Below, in pieces: positions 1-11,736 of a stretch of DNA of 64,000 bases (its first letter is position 1; every line of letters begins with the position of its first letter). Source of the DNA: Macrostomum hystrix (Eukaryota > Animalia > Platyhelminthes). The notes under the pieces are model-generated. The model was not told the DNA's origin, did not search any database, and saw nothing but the letters and a program-made list of their open reading frames with translations. The stretch covers positions 2,604,001-2,668,000 of the forward strand of contig CATNEN010000039.1 in the NCBI GenBank assembly GCA_950097015.1, read 5' to 3'. The position numbers were made by a program, and so were the translations under genes.

Positions 1-412
1 ATGGGGGAGCTGGGAAGCTGAATCAAGTGATGGGGGAGCTGGGAAGCTGAATCAAGTGATGGAGGAGCTGGGAAGCTGAATCAAGTGATGGAGGAGCTGG
101 GAAGCTGAATCAAGTGATGGAGGAGCTGGGAAGCTGAATCAAGTGATGGAGGAGCTGGGAAGCTGAATCAAGTGATGGAGGAGCTGGGAAGCTGAATCAA
201 GTGATGGAGGAGCTGGGAAGCTGAATCAAGTGATGGAGGAGCTGGGAAGCTGAATCAAGTGATGGGGGAGCTGGGAAGCTGAATCAAGTGATGGGGGAGC
301 TGGGAAGCTGAATCAAGTGATGGGGGAGCTGGGAAGCTGAATCAAGTGATGGGGGAGCTGGGAAGCTGAATCAAGTGATGGGGGAGCTGGGAAGCTGAAT
401 CAAGTGATGGAG
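1..412. repeat. 29-bp tandem minisatellite (AGCTGGGAAGCTGAATCAAGTGATGGRGG)n, first block
   Basis: Near-perfect 29-bp periodicity with a G/A polymorphism in the G-run; runs off the window start. Confidence 0.97.
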
Positions 413-623
413 GACAGCTTTTAGCTATTTTATTTTAGCCGAAGCCACAGACGACAGAAAAGTAAGCGAGAAAAATTACCATAACTTCAACATAGCTATC
501 ACACGTCTGCTTGCTGACAGACTGTTAGATACGGGTTGACAGACTGTTAGACATGGGTTGACAAACTGTTAGACATGGGTTGACCGGTTGTTATGTTCTG
601 TTAAGTTAAGTTCTGTTCTTTTC

Positions 624-1200
624 AGCTGGGAAGCTGAATCAAGTGATGGGGGGCTGGGAAGCTGAATCAAGTGGTGGGGAGCTGGGAAGCTGAATCAAGT
701 GATGGAGGAGCTGGGAAGCTGAATCAAGTGATGGGGGAGCTGGGAAGCTGAATCAAGTGATGGGGGAGCTGGGAAGCTGAATCAAGTGATGGGGGAGCTG
801 GGAAGCTGAATCAAGTGATGGAGGAGCTGGGAAGCTGAATCAAGTGATGGAGGAGCTGGGAAGCTGAATCAAGTGATGGAGGAGCTGGGAAGCTGAATCA
901 AGTGATGGAGGAGCTGGGAAGCTGAATCAAGTGATGGAGGAGCTGGGAAGCTGAATCAAGTGATGGGGGAGCTGGGAAGCTGAATCAAGTGATGGAGGAG
1001 CTGGGAAGCTGAATCAAGTGATGGAGGAGCTGGGAAGCTGAATCAAGTGATGGGGGAGCTGGGAAGCTGAATCAAGTGATGGGGGAGCTGGGAAGCTGAA
1101 TCAAGTGATGGGGGAGCTGGGAAGCTGAATCAAGTGATGGGGGAGCTGGGAAGCTGAATCAAGTGATGGGGGAGCTGGGAAGCTGAATCAAGTGATGGAG
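624..1200. repeat. 29-bp tandem minisatellite, second block of the same unit
   Basis: Same unit as 1-412; followed by a copy of the same unique segment (413-593 = 1201-1381). Confidence 0.97.
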
Positions 1201-1304
1201 GACAGCTTTTAGCTATTTTATTTTAGCCGAAGCCACAGACGACAGAAAAGTAAGCGAGAAAAATTACCATAACTTCAACATAGCTATCACACGTCTGCTT
1301 GCTG

Positions 1305-1808
1305 ACAGACTGTTAGATACGGGTTGACAGACTGTTAGACATGGGTTGACAAACTGTTAGACATGGGTTGACCGGTTGTTAGACATGGGTTATTAGACAC
1401 GGACACGATGACAGGCTATTAGACACGGATGGACTGGATGTTAGACAGGCTGTTAGACTTGGGTTGACAGGCTGTTAGACTTGGGTTGACAGGCTGTTAG
1501 ACTTGGGTTGACAGGCTGTTAGACTTGGGTTATTAGACACGGACACGATGACAGGCTATTAGACACGAATGGACTGGATGTTAGACAGGCTGTTAGACTT
1601 GGGTTGACAGGCTGTTAGACTTGGGTTGACCGGTTGTTAGACTTGGGTTGACCGGTTGTTAGACTTGGGTTGACCGGTTGTTAGACTTGGGTTGACCGGT
1701 TGTTAGACATGGGTTGACCGGTTGTTAGACATGGGTTGACCGGTTGTTAGACATGGGTTGACCGGTTGTTAGACATGGGTTGACCGGTTGTTAGACATGG
1801 GTTGACAG
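1305..1808. repeat. 22-bp tandem minisatellite (TGTTAGACWTGGGTTGACCGGT)n, probably in the SGSM 3' UTR
   Basis: 22-bp period (TTAGAC at 1681, 1703, ...); a short copy of its start is at 525-593. Confidence 0.93.
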
Positions 1809-1875
1809 CATGAGACAATAAAGCGTTTGAGTCCAAAGAGCGCAAAGCGACAGTCGATGCCGAAGAGTCGCAAAG

Positions 1876-4800
1876 TCACGGATTCTCAACAAGTTTGAGC
1901 AGCTGGTCAGCCAGATCTCGGGCGGATTCGAGCACACTGCTCAGCCTGTGGTGCTCAGCCATCTCTGAAAGGAATCAAGGAAGTCAATTAGACAACGCCA
2001 GCCGTGAAGGACGCCCCAATCGTGTACGGCTATTCTCACCGTTGAAAAACTTGATAATGTCGGTGAAGTCCATATCGTTTTCAATAATGACACCCCTGTA
2101 CTCTCGCAGCAAGGCCATGGCTATGAACACATTGAAATGCTTGGAGACCAGGTGAGCGGCGGACCAGACGGTCTCCCAGATGATGCAGACATCGTGGTAG
2201 CAGAATTCTGCAACAAGCAATAACAACTTTTGTGATAGACGTGCTTCAAACCTCTCTGTAATGAAGAGACTTCCTTTTGGAAACCAACGTCAGACACGAG
2301 GTTGGAAACCCACGGGTTGGAAGCAGCTCACCTCTTTTGAACTCGAGCAGGAACCACCGGTAGCAGAAATAAAAGTGTGTGTAATCTCCGCGCCTGAGCA
2401 TGTGCTCAAACAGCTGGGAATCTGTGACCTGCACTGTGGCCCTCAGGTTAGCCAGGTGCTGATCCATGAGCGACTCGGTGCTGGTGCAGTTGTCAGATGC
2501 CCCCGGGAAATTCAGCACCATCCGCTGCATCAGGCGGCTGAAGCAGGCCAGAGTCAAGCCCTCCTCCTCGAGCGCCATCAGCAGGGGCGCCAGGAGGTCG
2601 CAGAAGCCCTGGATGTAGCCCACCTGCACAGGAGCCAGTGCTAGTTGAGTACAGGCGTGCTCAAATTCCGTACTTGTGGGGTACATTTGTGCTCACATTC
2701 TGTACAAGTGGGGTACATTTGTGCTCACATTCTGTACTAGTGGGGTACAGGTGTGCTCACATTCTGTACAAGTGGGGTACAGGTGTGCTCACATTCTGTA
2801 CAAGTGGGGTACAGTTGTGCTCACATTCTGCACTAGTGGGGTACAGGTGTGCTCACATTCTGTACAAGTGGGGTACAGGTGTGCTCACATTCTGTACAAG
2901 TGGGGTACAGGTGTGCTCACATTCTGCACTAGTGGGGTACAGGTGTGCTCACATTCTGTACAAGTGGGGTACAGTTGTGCTCACATTCTGCACTAGTGGG
3001 GTACAGGTGTGCTCACATTCTGTACAAGTGGGGTACAGGTGTGCTCACATTCTGTACAAGTGGGGTACAGGTGTGCTCACATTCTGTACAAGTGGGGTAC
3101 AGGTGTGCTCATATTGAGTTTCCTTGCACACTGATTCTGGGTTTGCAGTGTTTAGCTTATTTCAAGTTTCTAACTACACTCCAATAACCCAGGATAATTG
3201 TAAAGCGAGGACTCACGCCGAGGTTCTGCCATACGTAGCAGCACATGATGTTGCGTAGTTTCTCCAGATTGGCCGGGTTTGTGAAGAAGGTCACGTGCCT
3301 ATCGCAGCGCTCCACATCCTTGTCGATGCGGTGCCAGTTGGTGGCGACCGTCTCAACCAGCTCGGCCTGTCAGGTGCAAAATGCCACACTAAAATCTTAT
3401 CTCGCTACTGCGAGTAGGTGAGACTAAACAAAATATAAAATTGATCAGCTAACCGAATAAACTCCACCGTTCGATGCCTGGCTAGTTGAAGACGCGATGC
3501 TCTCGTGAGAGACTGAGGTGACAACAGCTGCGTCTAAAAATTGGTTTACACTTGATCAAAAAGAAAGCTTTGCAGTCAGCAGGTGTTTTAGAAGTGTAAT
3601 GTAAGAACAGGAGAGCCAACTCACTGTTCGCCTGAGCGTCCTTCAGGACTGAAGCCTCATCCGTCGGCTGTCCGTCAGCAGCCGTCGGTTGTCCTCCATT
3701 GCTAGGACGTCCGGGCACAGAGAGCAGCGGACGGCCTGCACTTTTGCCTCGAGTTGTGATCATGTCCCGGGCGGTGGCCGCCAGCTCGCGGTCGTTCTCG
3801 CGCACAATGGCATCCAGGGGACCCCACTCGGATAGCAGGTTTTCAAACTTGGCCTGCACCGCCTCGGTGGCCGCCTGGCGCTCGGCCTGACTGGACTCCC
3901 AGCTATGGAGGCCGAGAAGCACTGGCCACACCTTGCGAATGATAGGGAATCTGGGATCTTGGATCTGGGATCTTGGATCTGGGATCTCGGATCTGGGATC
4001 TCGGATCTGGGATCTTGGATCTGGGATCTTGGATCTGGGATCTTGGATCTGGGATCTTGGATCTGGGATCTTGGATCTGGGATCTTGGATCTGGGATCTT
4101 GGATCTGGGATCTTGGATCTGGGATCTTGGATCTGGGATCTTGGATCTGGGATCTTGGATCTGGGATCTTGGATCTGGGATCTTGGATCTGGGATCTTGG
4201 ATCTGGGATCTTGGATCTGGGATCTTGGATCTGGGATCTTGGATCTGGGATCTTGGATCTGGGATCTTGGATCTGGGATCTTGGATCTGGGATCTTGGAT
4301 CTGGGATCTTGGATCTGGGATCTTGGATCTGGGATCTTGGATCTGGGATCTTGGATCTGGGATCTTGGATCTGGGATCTTGGATCTGGGATCTTGGATCT
4401 GGGATCTTGGATCTGGGATCTTGGATCTGGGATCTTGGATCTGGGATCTTGGATCTGGGATCTTGGATCTGGGATCTTGGATCTGGGATCTTGGATCTGG
4501 GATCTTGGATCTGGGATCTTGGATCTGGGATCTTGGATCTGGGATCTTGGATCTGGGATCTTGGATCTGGATCTCAGACAGCCAAAGCCCAGCCCACCTG
4601 CTTCCTGAGCTCAGGCCGGCTGCAGCCACCCCAGTAGAGCGCCCGCCAGATGTCCTGCTTGTCTCCGGCCTCCCAAATAGCCGCAGTGAGGCCCTCCTGG
4701 TAGTTCTCCCGCAGGCCCAGCCCGTCGCGGCACGTGACCAGGTCGGGCAAGTGTCGCCTGACGCAGCTCATGTGGCGCACATGGGCCAGCCAGCCGTAGA

Positions 4801-7800
4801 AGGCTCGCGACATGATCTGCTTGCGCATGCTGTCGCAGGCTTGCCTGATGGTGTACTGCCGCTCCGCCGGGGCCACTGGCTGCGTCAGACGGCTCTGTCA
4901 GGGCGGGATTCAGGGGAGTTGCTGATTTTCTGCTGCGTTATGGGAGATTTCTTTTGAAGAATTCGCCAGTCTAGCTTAGGAGCTTTGTAAACGGTGTTCC
5001 ATCTATCTATGAGGCGTTGCGCTCTCACTGGGGGTATGGGGATTTGTGTAGGGGATACGGGATTCTGGCTAGGGGATATGGGATTCTGGCTAGGGGATAT
5101 GGGATTCTGGCTTGGGGATATAGGATTCTCGCTAGGGGATATGGGATTCTGGCTAGGGGATATGGAATTCTGGCTAGGGGATATGGGATTCTCGCTAGGG
5201 GGATATGGGATTCTGGCTAGGGGATATGGGAATCTGGCTAGGGGATATGGGATTTCCGCTAGGGGGGTATGGGATTCTGGTTTGGGATATTGGAGTCTGG
5301 CTAGGGGATATGGGATTCTGGCTAGGGGATATGGGATTCTGGCTAGGGGATATGGGAATCTGGCTAGGGGATATGGGATTCCCGCTAGGGGGATATGGGA
5401 TTCTGGTTTGGGATTTTGGAGTCTGGCTAGGGGATATGGGATATGCAAGTGCCAATCCAAGGCGGTCTCACCTGCAGAGCCTCAGCGCTGTAGCTGTCCT
5501 GCCAGGAGAACACGCAGCTCACCTCCTCGGCGGGGTCCGTTTCAGCGGAGGCGCCTCCGTGGCGAGACTCGCGCATCACGATGCGGAACACGAAGTCCAT
5601 GTTGTCATCGAAGTCGGACGGACATTGCTCGGAAGAATCCTGATGCTGCTGCTGGTGCTGAGGCCCCGGCAGCTCCGACTGCTCGGGCGACTTGTCTGCG
5701 TCTTTGTCCGCCTCCTCAGCCGAGGTCATGAGGCCCGAGATGAAGCTGTCCTGCAGTCGGTTCAAGGGAAATTAGGGATTTGTCTGGAGTCGGTTATTCA
5801 GCTCGGGAACAGGAATAGGAATCTTAAGGTTATCGAGTTGTTAGGATCATCTGTGAAGGGAAAATAATATGAGCTTGTCACGGGAATAGGAACAAGGCGA
5901 AGAAAAAATAAGTGAACTGTGGATTAGGGGAATGAAGATCAAGAGAGTTGGGGATCAGGGTCAGGGATCAGGGATCAGGGATCAGGATAATAGGGGATCC
6001 TGTGAGTAGGGGATCAGTGGAGTAGGGGTTCTGGCGAGTAGGGGATCAGGAGAGTTGGGGATCAGGGGAGTAGGGATCAGTGGAGCAGGGGATCAGGGGA
6101 GTAAAGGGATCAGAGGAGTAGGGGCTCAGGGGAGGGGGGTTCAGGGGAGTAAGGGATCAGGGTTAGTAAAGAATCAGGGGAGTTGGGGATCAGGGGAGTA
6201 GGGGATCAGGAGAGTAGGGGATTAGGGGAGTAGGGGATCAGGGGAGTAGGGGATCAGAGGAGTAGGGGCTCAGGGGAGGGGGATCAGGGGAGTAAGGGAT
6301 CAGGGGAGTAAAGAATCAGGGGAGTAGGGTGGTGGCCTCGCCGACCTTGAGAATACTCCTGCGCTTCATCCTGGGCAGCACCTTGCCCTTGCAGCGATGG
6401 GACCAAAGCGGCGGCTCCAGCGCTCCGCCAGGCAGCAGGCCGTTCTCCAGGCAGGTGAGAAACTGCAGTAGGTGCCCGCCCGGTGGAAACTGCAGCGGCG
6501 GCTTCTGCGTGCCGTCGTGAGCAACAAACACCAGGGAGCAGCCGACGGGCTGGTTGCTATGGCAGTGGATGTATACCATGTCCTCCACTCGAATCGTGAG
6601 CGCTGACTCCCAGGGCGGCCTGCTGGAGATCGAGTTGGACACAAGTGAACTGAATATGGTTAGTGAATTAACGGAACTCAATATGGTTAGTGAATTAACA
6701 GAACTCAATATGGTTAGTGAATTAACGGAACTCAATATGGTTTGTGAATTAACGGAACTCAATGTGTGCTCACGCGTCAAAGGACTCGCCAGGCTGCCAA
6801 GGCGAGGCCGGATTCGAAGGCCCGGACTCCGAGCCGCTGACGGAGGCCGCCGGCGAAGAACTCGGAGCCGCCAGCGAAGCCTCGCTGTCCGAGGTGCTGC
6901 CCGCCATCATTAGCAAGTTCGGCATCCACTTCACTGTCAGGCCTGGCATTGGCCAATCAAAGATGGCGCTATTCGTTAAAACTAACGATTAAATAAATAT
7001 TTAACGGAACTGAAGCTAGCTCCCGAATTAACGATTCTCACCCGTTGGCTCCAGGTGCAGGGACAGGTAGCCGGGCATCTTCCTGGGCAGGGCGGCAGTC
7101 TGAGACAGCACATTGTTCTTGCCAAACAGCAGGGTGGCCCGGCTGTTCTGGTGCAGCAGCTGCACGAATTCTGCCATGCCGCCGCCGCCGCTGACAGCCG
7201 GACTTCGATGCCGACTGCCTCCGTCGCCAGCTGGCGATTGAGAGCGCTTCAACTGGGAGGTCAGGGGAGTTGGGGTGGCTGGTGGTCGGGAGTTCGTATC
7301 TCAGTCCTGTGCCAGGTGTGCAGCTAACAGCACAGCGCATCTGAAAGCTGCGTACGACTGTTCAGTCCATGGACTGGAGGGACGCCACACCCACCCTCAA
7401 TTACACAGCTGATGTTGGTACCCATTTAACAGCTGGGTAAATGAAAGCGATGCCGTGCTAATTGTCTTACTGAGGGACACAAATTTTTCTAGTGGAGTAG
7501 GGAATCGAACCCCCGACCTTCAAGCCTTGAGTGAAACACTCCAAGCACAGCAAGAACTGAGCACTTTACATCTGGCCCACGTGGGCTACGTATAATTTTT
7601 AACATATTCGCTATGGTTAAATTCACAGACTATTTGTTATTATTGTCACGAGTGTTAGATGCGCATATATAAATACCATGCAATAACAGTCCTACGCACA
7701 GTGTACATGCATAATATGTACATTAGGCTGGATGATGGCCTTCGCGCCCAACCAATGGCAGAGAAGTGTGGCAAATCGCGTTAAAAAACTAGACTCGAAT

Positions 7801-10800
7801 CTGTGTACACTTTGAATAGATGCGAAATCTTATCATCCTTGCTGTCACCCTTCCCTTCGCTGTTTCTCTGCCCAACGCCTTTGGCTCGGCCTATGATTTG
7901 CTGTAATTGGCTTATTTTACCAATTGGCTGTAATTGGCTGTAATTGCCTGTAATTGCCTGTGATTGGCTGTAATTGGCTGTGATTGGATATGATAGGCTG
8001 TGATTGGCTGTTATTGGCTGTGATTGGCTGTGATTGGCTGTGCACTTACTCCCCTCACCGAATTGCCCCGCGGAACACGGAGCACGGAAAATCACTTGTA
8101 AGGGATCAAGACTGTCACCTTAAAATCCCAATTAGCCCACATCCCGATTAAGCGAAATCGCGATTCAATGATCCGGATTTGAGAAGATTATCTTTATGAC
8201 ATTGAATATAATGCAGGTGAAAAGGCATCACATTGTGTTGGATTTTGTGAAGCTTGTGTCAAACGTTCTCAACCACGTGGTGTTCTGGATCTGTCTACTT
8301 AGAGTAGACTTAGAGTAGTGTGCTTGTCGCGTTGTTTCCATGGCAATTACTTTTCGCAGGGAATTTTAATCACTCGGTGCCAGATGAAAAATAAATTAGA
8401 CTTTTGAAAATGCGGCCCAGATTCAGCTCCAGATGTCAACATCAGGTGCCGCCTCCCCCACACTCCTGTTTCGACAGCTTCATCTGGGAAGCCGAATCCC
8501 CCCGGGGGAAATCCCATGGGGAAAAGCTTCCCAGATTTGAGCGAAATGGATATCGCTAATCCCCTGGCCAGAAACCGCCCACGCTAGCACAGAGAGACAG
8601 AATGGGGATTTAATCCCAGGAAGAAATGGGACTTCCGCCCCAAATCTGCTTTGAGTTGCCTCAGCCAGAATGGATTCAGCTCAACAGTCGATCAGCACTG
8701 TGATCTCGGAGATGCTGAATAAGTACAAAAATGTAAATCTGTGGCCTTCTCGGGTAGGTGTCGTTGTTTTAATGATCTGGATGGAGGAGGGAATGACAGT
8801 CGAAGGATCTGGATGGAGGAGGGAATGATAGTCGAAGGATCTCGAAGGAGAAGGGAATGACAGTCGAAGGATCTCGAAGGAGAAGGGAATGACAGTCGAA
8901 GGATCTCGAAGGAGGAAGGAATGACAGTCGAAGGATCTGGATGGAGGAGGGAATGACAGTCGAAGGATCTGGATGGAGGGGGGATGGCTGTCGAAGGATC
9001 TGGATGGAGGGGGGATGGCTGTCGAAGGATCTGGATGGAGGGGGGATGGCTGTCGAAGGATCTGGATGGAGGGGGATGGCTGTCGAAGGATCTGGATGGA
9101 GGGGGGATGGCTGTCGAAGGATCTGGATGGAGGGGGATGGCTGTCGAAGGATCTGGATGGAGGGGGGATGGCTGTCGAAGGATCTGGATGGAGGGGGATG
9201 GCTGTCGAAGGATCTGGATGGAGGGGGGATGGCTGTCGAAGGATCTGGATGGAGGGGGATGGCTGTCGAAGGATCTGGATGGAGGGGGGATGGCTGTCGA
9301 AGGATCTGGATGGAGGGGGGTGGCTGTCGAAGGATCTGGATGGAGGGGGGATGGCTGTCGAAGGATCTTGATGGAGGAGGGAATGGCTGTCGAAGGATCT
9401 GGATGGAGGGGGGATGGCTGTCGAAGGATCTGGATGGAGGGGGGATGGCTGTCGAAGGATCTTGATGGAGGAGGGAATGGCTGTCGAAGGATCTGGATGG
9501 AGGGGGGATGGCTGTCGAAGGATCTTGATGGAGGAGGGAATGGAGTTGGAGCTCTGGATTCCCGCAGTCACCTTGAGTGACGGATTCCTGATCGGTTTGG
9601 GCGACCCTGTCGGGTTCCGCAGCGGCGAGTGGATCCGGTGGCGCTGCAGCATTTCGTCGGCGCTGAGGTCGGCGCAGATCACCATGCCGGAGCTCTGGGA
9701 TTTGTCAAACTCGAGGGCGCACGGCCCAACTGCGGGGAGCGAGTGAGCACAGCTTGGTTTGAGCAATCGAAACTCGGCTGAGGCAGCTGTAAGCGGCCTT
9801 CTAAACAGCTCTTGGCAGCTGGTAGGACAGAATATCTTAGTCATCTCAGAGTCCTAGTCACTAGTCACTAGGGTTCCAGGCGCCAAATACTCATGCACTC
9901 CTGCTCGGCTGCTCGCTAATGAGGCCACTGTTAAGTGAGGCCTGGATAGAGTTCGCAAAGTACTTTACTAATGTGGAAACAGACTACTGCTCTTATTTTT
10001 TCCCCATATAATAGCTTATTTTACCAATAAAAAATGGCAAAAACATTGGTCAGATGTGCTTCATCAATATTTTACGATTTGAGGAGACAGGAGAGGAGAG
10101 GAGAGGAGAGGAGAGGAGAGGAGAGGAGAGGAGAGGAGAGAAGAGGAGAGGAGAGGAGAGGAGAGGAGAGGATAGGATAGGAGATGAGAGGAGAGGAGAT
10201 AAGATGAGATGAGAGGAGAGAGGAGAGGAGGGGAGAGATGAGAGGTGCACGCAGTTTGCTGCTCACCCAATAAGGAGGCGAGCAGCGGACCGTCGCAGGG
10301 GTCGCCGATGATGCTGTCGAGCTCATAGTACTGGCGGCCGTTCTCAACCAGGTTCTCGATGATCTTTGCCAGCTTTTTGTCCAGCAGAGCCACCCGGATC
10401 CACTGGAACTTGACGCTCTGCACCGGGCGCTTGGCAGCCGAGGACTGCGAAGCTTCATCGGCATGCAGCCGGTCTGTCACCTCCTTGGCAGCGGGACAGT
10501 TTCTGGCGATCTTCTGCAGCAGGGCCAGGGTCGAGCTGTCGCGGAACATGCCGAGGCTGTGCCGCTTCAGGCCGTACAGCAGACAGTTCTCCACACCGGC
10601 TGCGGGCGATTAGGGGGTGCTTGACAAATTCTCTGATTTGCAGGCACCGAGAGTCGGGAGTTCGAATCTCAACCCGATGGGAAACTGTCACGTGACCGTT
10701 AATCACGTGATCTTCGTCGATATCTTAAGAAATCGTGAAATTATGCCGCCCACTTCAAGAGCGAATTGGAGCCTTTTTCATCGCGCCTAAAAATAGCCTA

Positions 10801-11145
10801 CCCTACCCCCGTGGTCTCTCTACTGTTAAAGGCTAGCGCAGTTTTTTTTAGCTGTTTACTGTCGCGAAACTCACCGCACAATGACGTGATGATTGAGCAC
10901 TCCTGGTGAATGCCCCGCCGAGTCACGGACTCCTCCATCAGCTGCTTGACCTCGCGCTTAACGTGTCGCAGCAGCATCTCCCGGTACTCGGCGCCGCTGC
11001 TGTTGATCTTCTCTAGGGCGGCAGCAACCGCGGCGCGCTGCTCCGGCTCCGTGTCCGCTCGGTGCATCTCCGTCGAGACGCCGCCGCGCCTGCCGACAAC
11101 CTTCGTGGCGGCATCGGAAACCACCCGCTGCAGCAGCTTGGCCAT
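1876..11145 (-). CDS. SGSM1: Small G protein signalling modulator (SGSM1/2-like; RUN + PH-like + TBC RabGAP), ~1025 aa, 14 exons
   Basis: Exons 11145-10875, 10599-10267, 9729-9572, 7252-7042, 6942-6774, 6619-6346, 5750-5472, 4894-4598, 3931-3625, 3533-3454, 3366-3217, 2623-2332, 2207-2040, 1964-1876. All GT-AG and phase-consistent (3078 nt). Motifs: [29 protein letters not shown] (RUN), [29 protein letters not shown] (Arg finger), [14 protein letters not shown] (Gln finger), [15 protein letters not shown]. The start Met and SGSM1 vs SGSM2 orthology are uncertain. Confidence 0.93.
2648..3113. repeat. 32-bp intronic minisatellite (GTGCTCACATTCTGTACAAGTGGGGTACAGGT)n
   Basis: 32-bp period inside SGSM intron 2624-3216. 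Confidence 0.95.
3945..4574. repeat. 14-bp intronic minisatellite (GGATCTGGGATCTT)n
   Basis: Almost perfect array filling nearly all of SGSM intron 3932-4597. Confidence 0.98.
5030..5445. repeat. 21-bp intronic minisatellite (GGCTAGGGGATATGGGATTCT)n
   Basis: 21-bp period inside SGSM intron 4895-5471. Confidence 0.93.
5945..6330. repeat. Degenerate ~16-17-bp intronic minisatellite (GGGGATCAGGGGAGTA)n
   Basis: Repeated GGGATCAGGGGAGTA units abutting the donor at 6345. Confidence 0.88.
6645..6765. repeat. 27-bp intronic tandem repeat, ~4 copies (TGGTTAGTGAATTAACGGAACTCAATA)
   Basis: Fills most of SGSM intron 6620-6773. Confidence 0.92.
7385..7562 (-). mobile_element. Degenerate tRNA-derived SINE with CORE-like central domain
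   Basis: Minus strand reads a B box GGTTCGATTCC, then GTGTCCCTCAGTAAGACA and CCCAGCTGTTAAATGGGTACC, resembling the CORE-SINE conserved block (recalled from memory, not aligned). Confidence 0.55.
7895..8042. repeat. 10-bp intronic repeat (TGATTGGCTG)n
   Basis: 10-bp period, CCAAT-containing on the minus strand. Confidence 0.9.
8773..9542. repeat. 30-31-bp intronic minisatellite (GTCGAAGGATCTGGATGGAGGGGGGATGGCT)n
   Basis: TCGAAGGATC at 8960, 8991, 9022, ...; ends ~30 bp from the donor at 9571. Confidence 0.95.
10081..10243. repeat. (GAGAG)n microsatellite, intronic
   Basis: 5-bp purine repeat next to the donor at 10266. Confidence 0.95.
10645..10686 (+). mobile_element. Fragment of second tRNA-derived SINE family (B-box head)
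   Basis: CGAGAGTCGGGAGTTCGAATCTCA is identical to the reverse complement at ~48901-48924; related copies at ~7283 (+) and ~37470-37500 (-). Confidence 0.55.
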
Positions 11146-11736
11146 TCTGCTATCGCTAGTCTGGGGAACGGAGTTGCACCCTCGGTGGCTTGTGGCAGAT
11201 TCAGCTGAGGCTTTTTTAAAGGCCGGCAATTTTCTTCTCTGCTTTCATAAATTTTATACGCGACCCCCCAGTGACTGGGAGAGAAGGCTGGCGAACAGGC
11301 ATCCAGGCTCACAGCTCTCGCCCACTCTCCCTCTGTCCCAGCAGCTCAGCACTCTGCCCCACCTACCCCTACCCTGCCATATCTACCCCTCGCTGTGTCC
11401 CTTCCGGGAACTGGCGGTGTGCAAGCAGCTGCGCGCACTTCTGCTCAGGCCTGTTATCCCCTTACTGGGGAGTGCGGGTCCAGTGTACTCACGCTAACAC
11501 ATCCTCGTCCCCACCAACTGCCCAATGCGGGAAATCCGGCCTCCCAAACAGGCGGCAGCTGAGGATTATTCTCCGCCAACGGATAGGAAGCCTGCGAGAA
11601 ATCTGAGCGGCTGTCAACAGCCTCAGGCTTCAGGCCTAGACATCTCCTTGCGATTCTGCCACCTCTAAAGCTGATCGGTAATGCACATTTCCTCAGCTCC
11701 ATCCAACAGAAACTGCTGATGCAACACTTGACGATG

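Noticed and set aside
1-1200. CRISPR-like 29-bp repeats (also 11737-13288)
   Set aside because: Head-to-tail units with no unique spacers, no cas genes, eukaryotic context.
3760-4957. 200-400 aa repetitive ORFs here and at 8681-9844, 11454-12747 and 52692-53749
   Set aside because: Open in several frames because the tandem units lack stops; they lie in introns or intergenic arrays.
4885-5030. Possible extra SGSM exon ([14 protein letters not shown]...)
   Set aside because: The available acceptor gives an immediate in-frame TGA; the gene model is complete without it.
8334-8347. RFX X-box-like GTTTCCATGGCAAT (also 22771-22783 and 53742-53755)
   Set aside because: Mismatched, or located mid-intron or in coding sequence; expected by chance in 64 kb.
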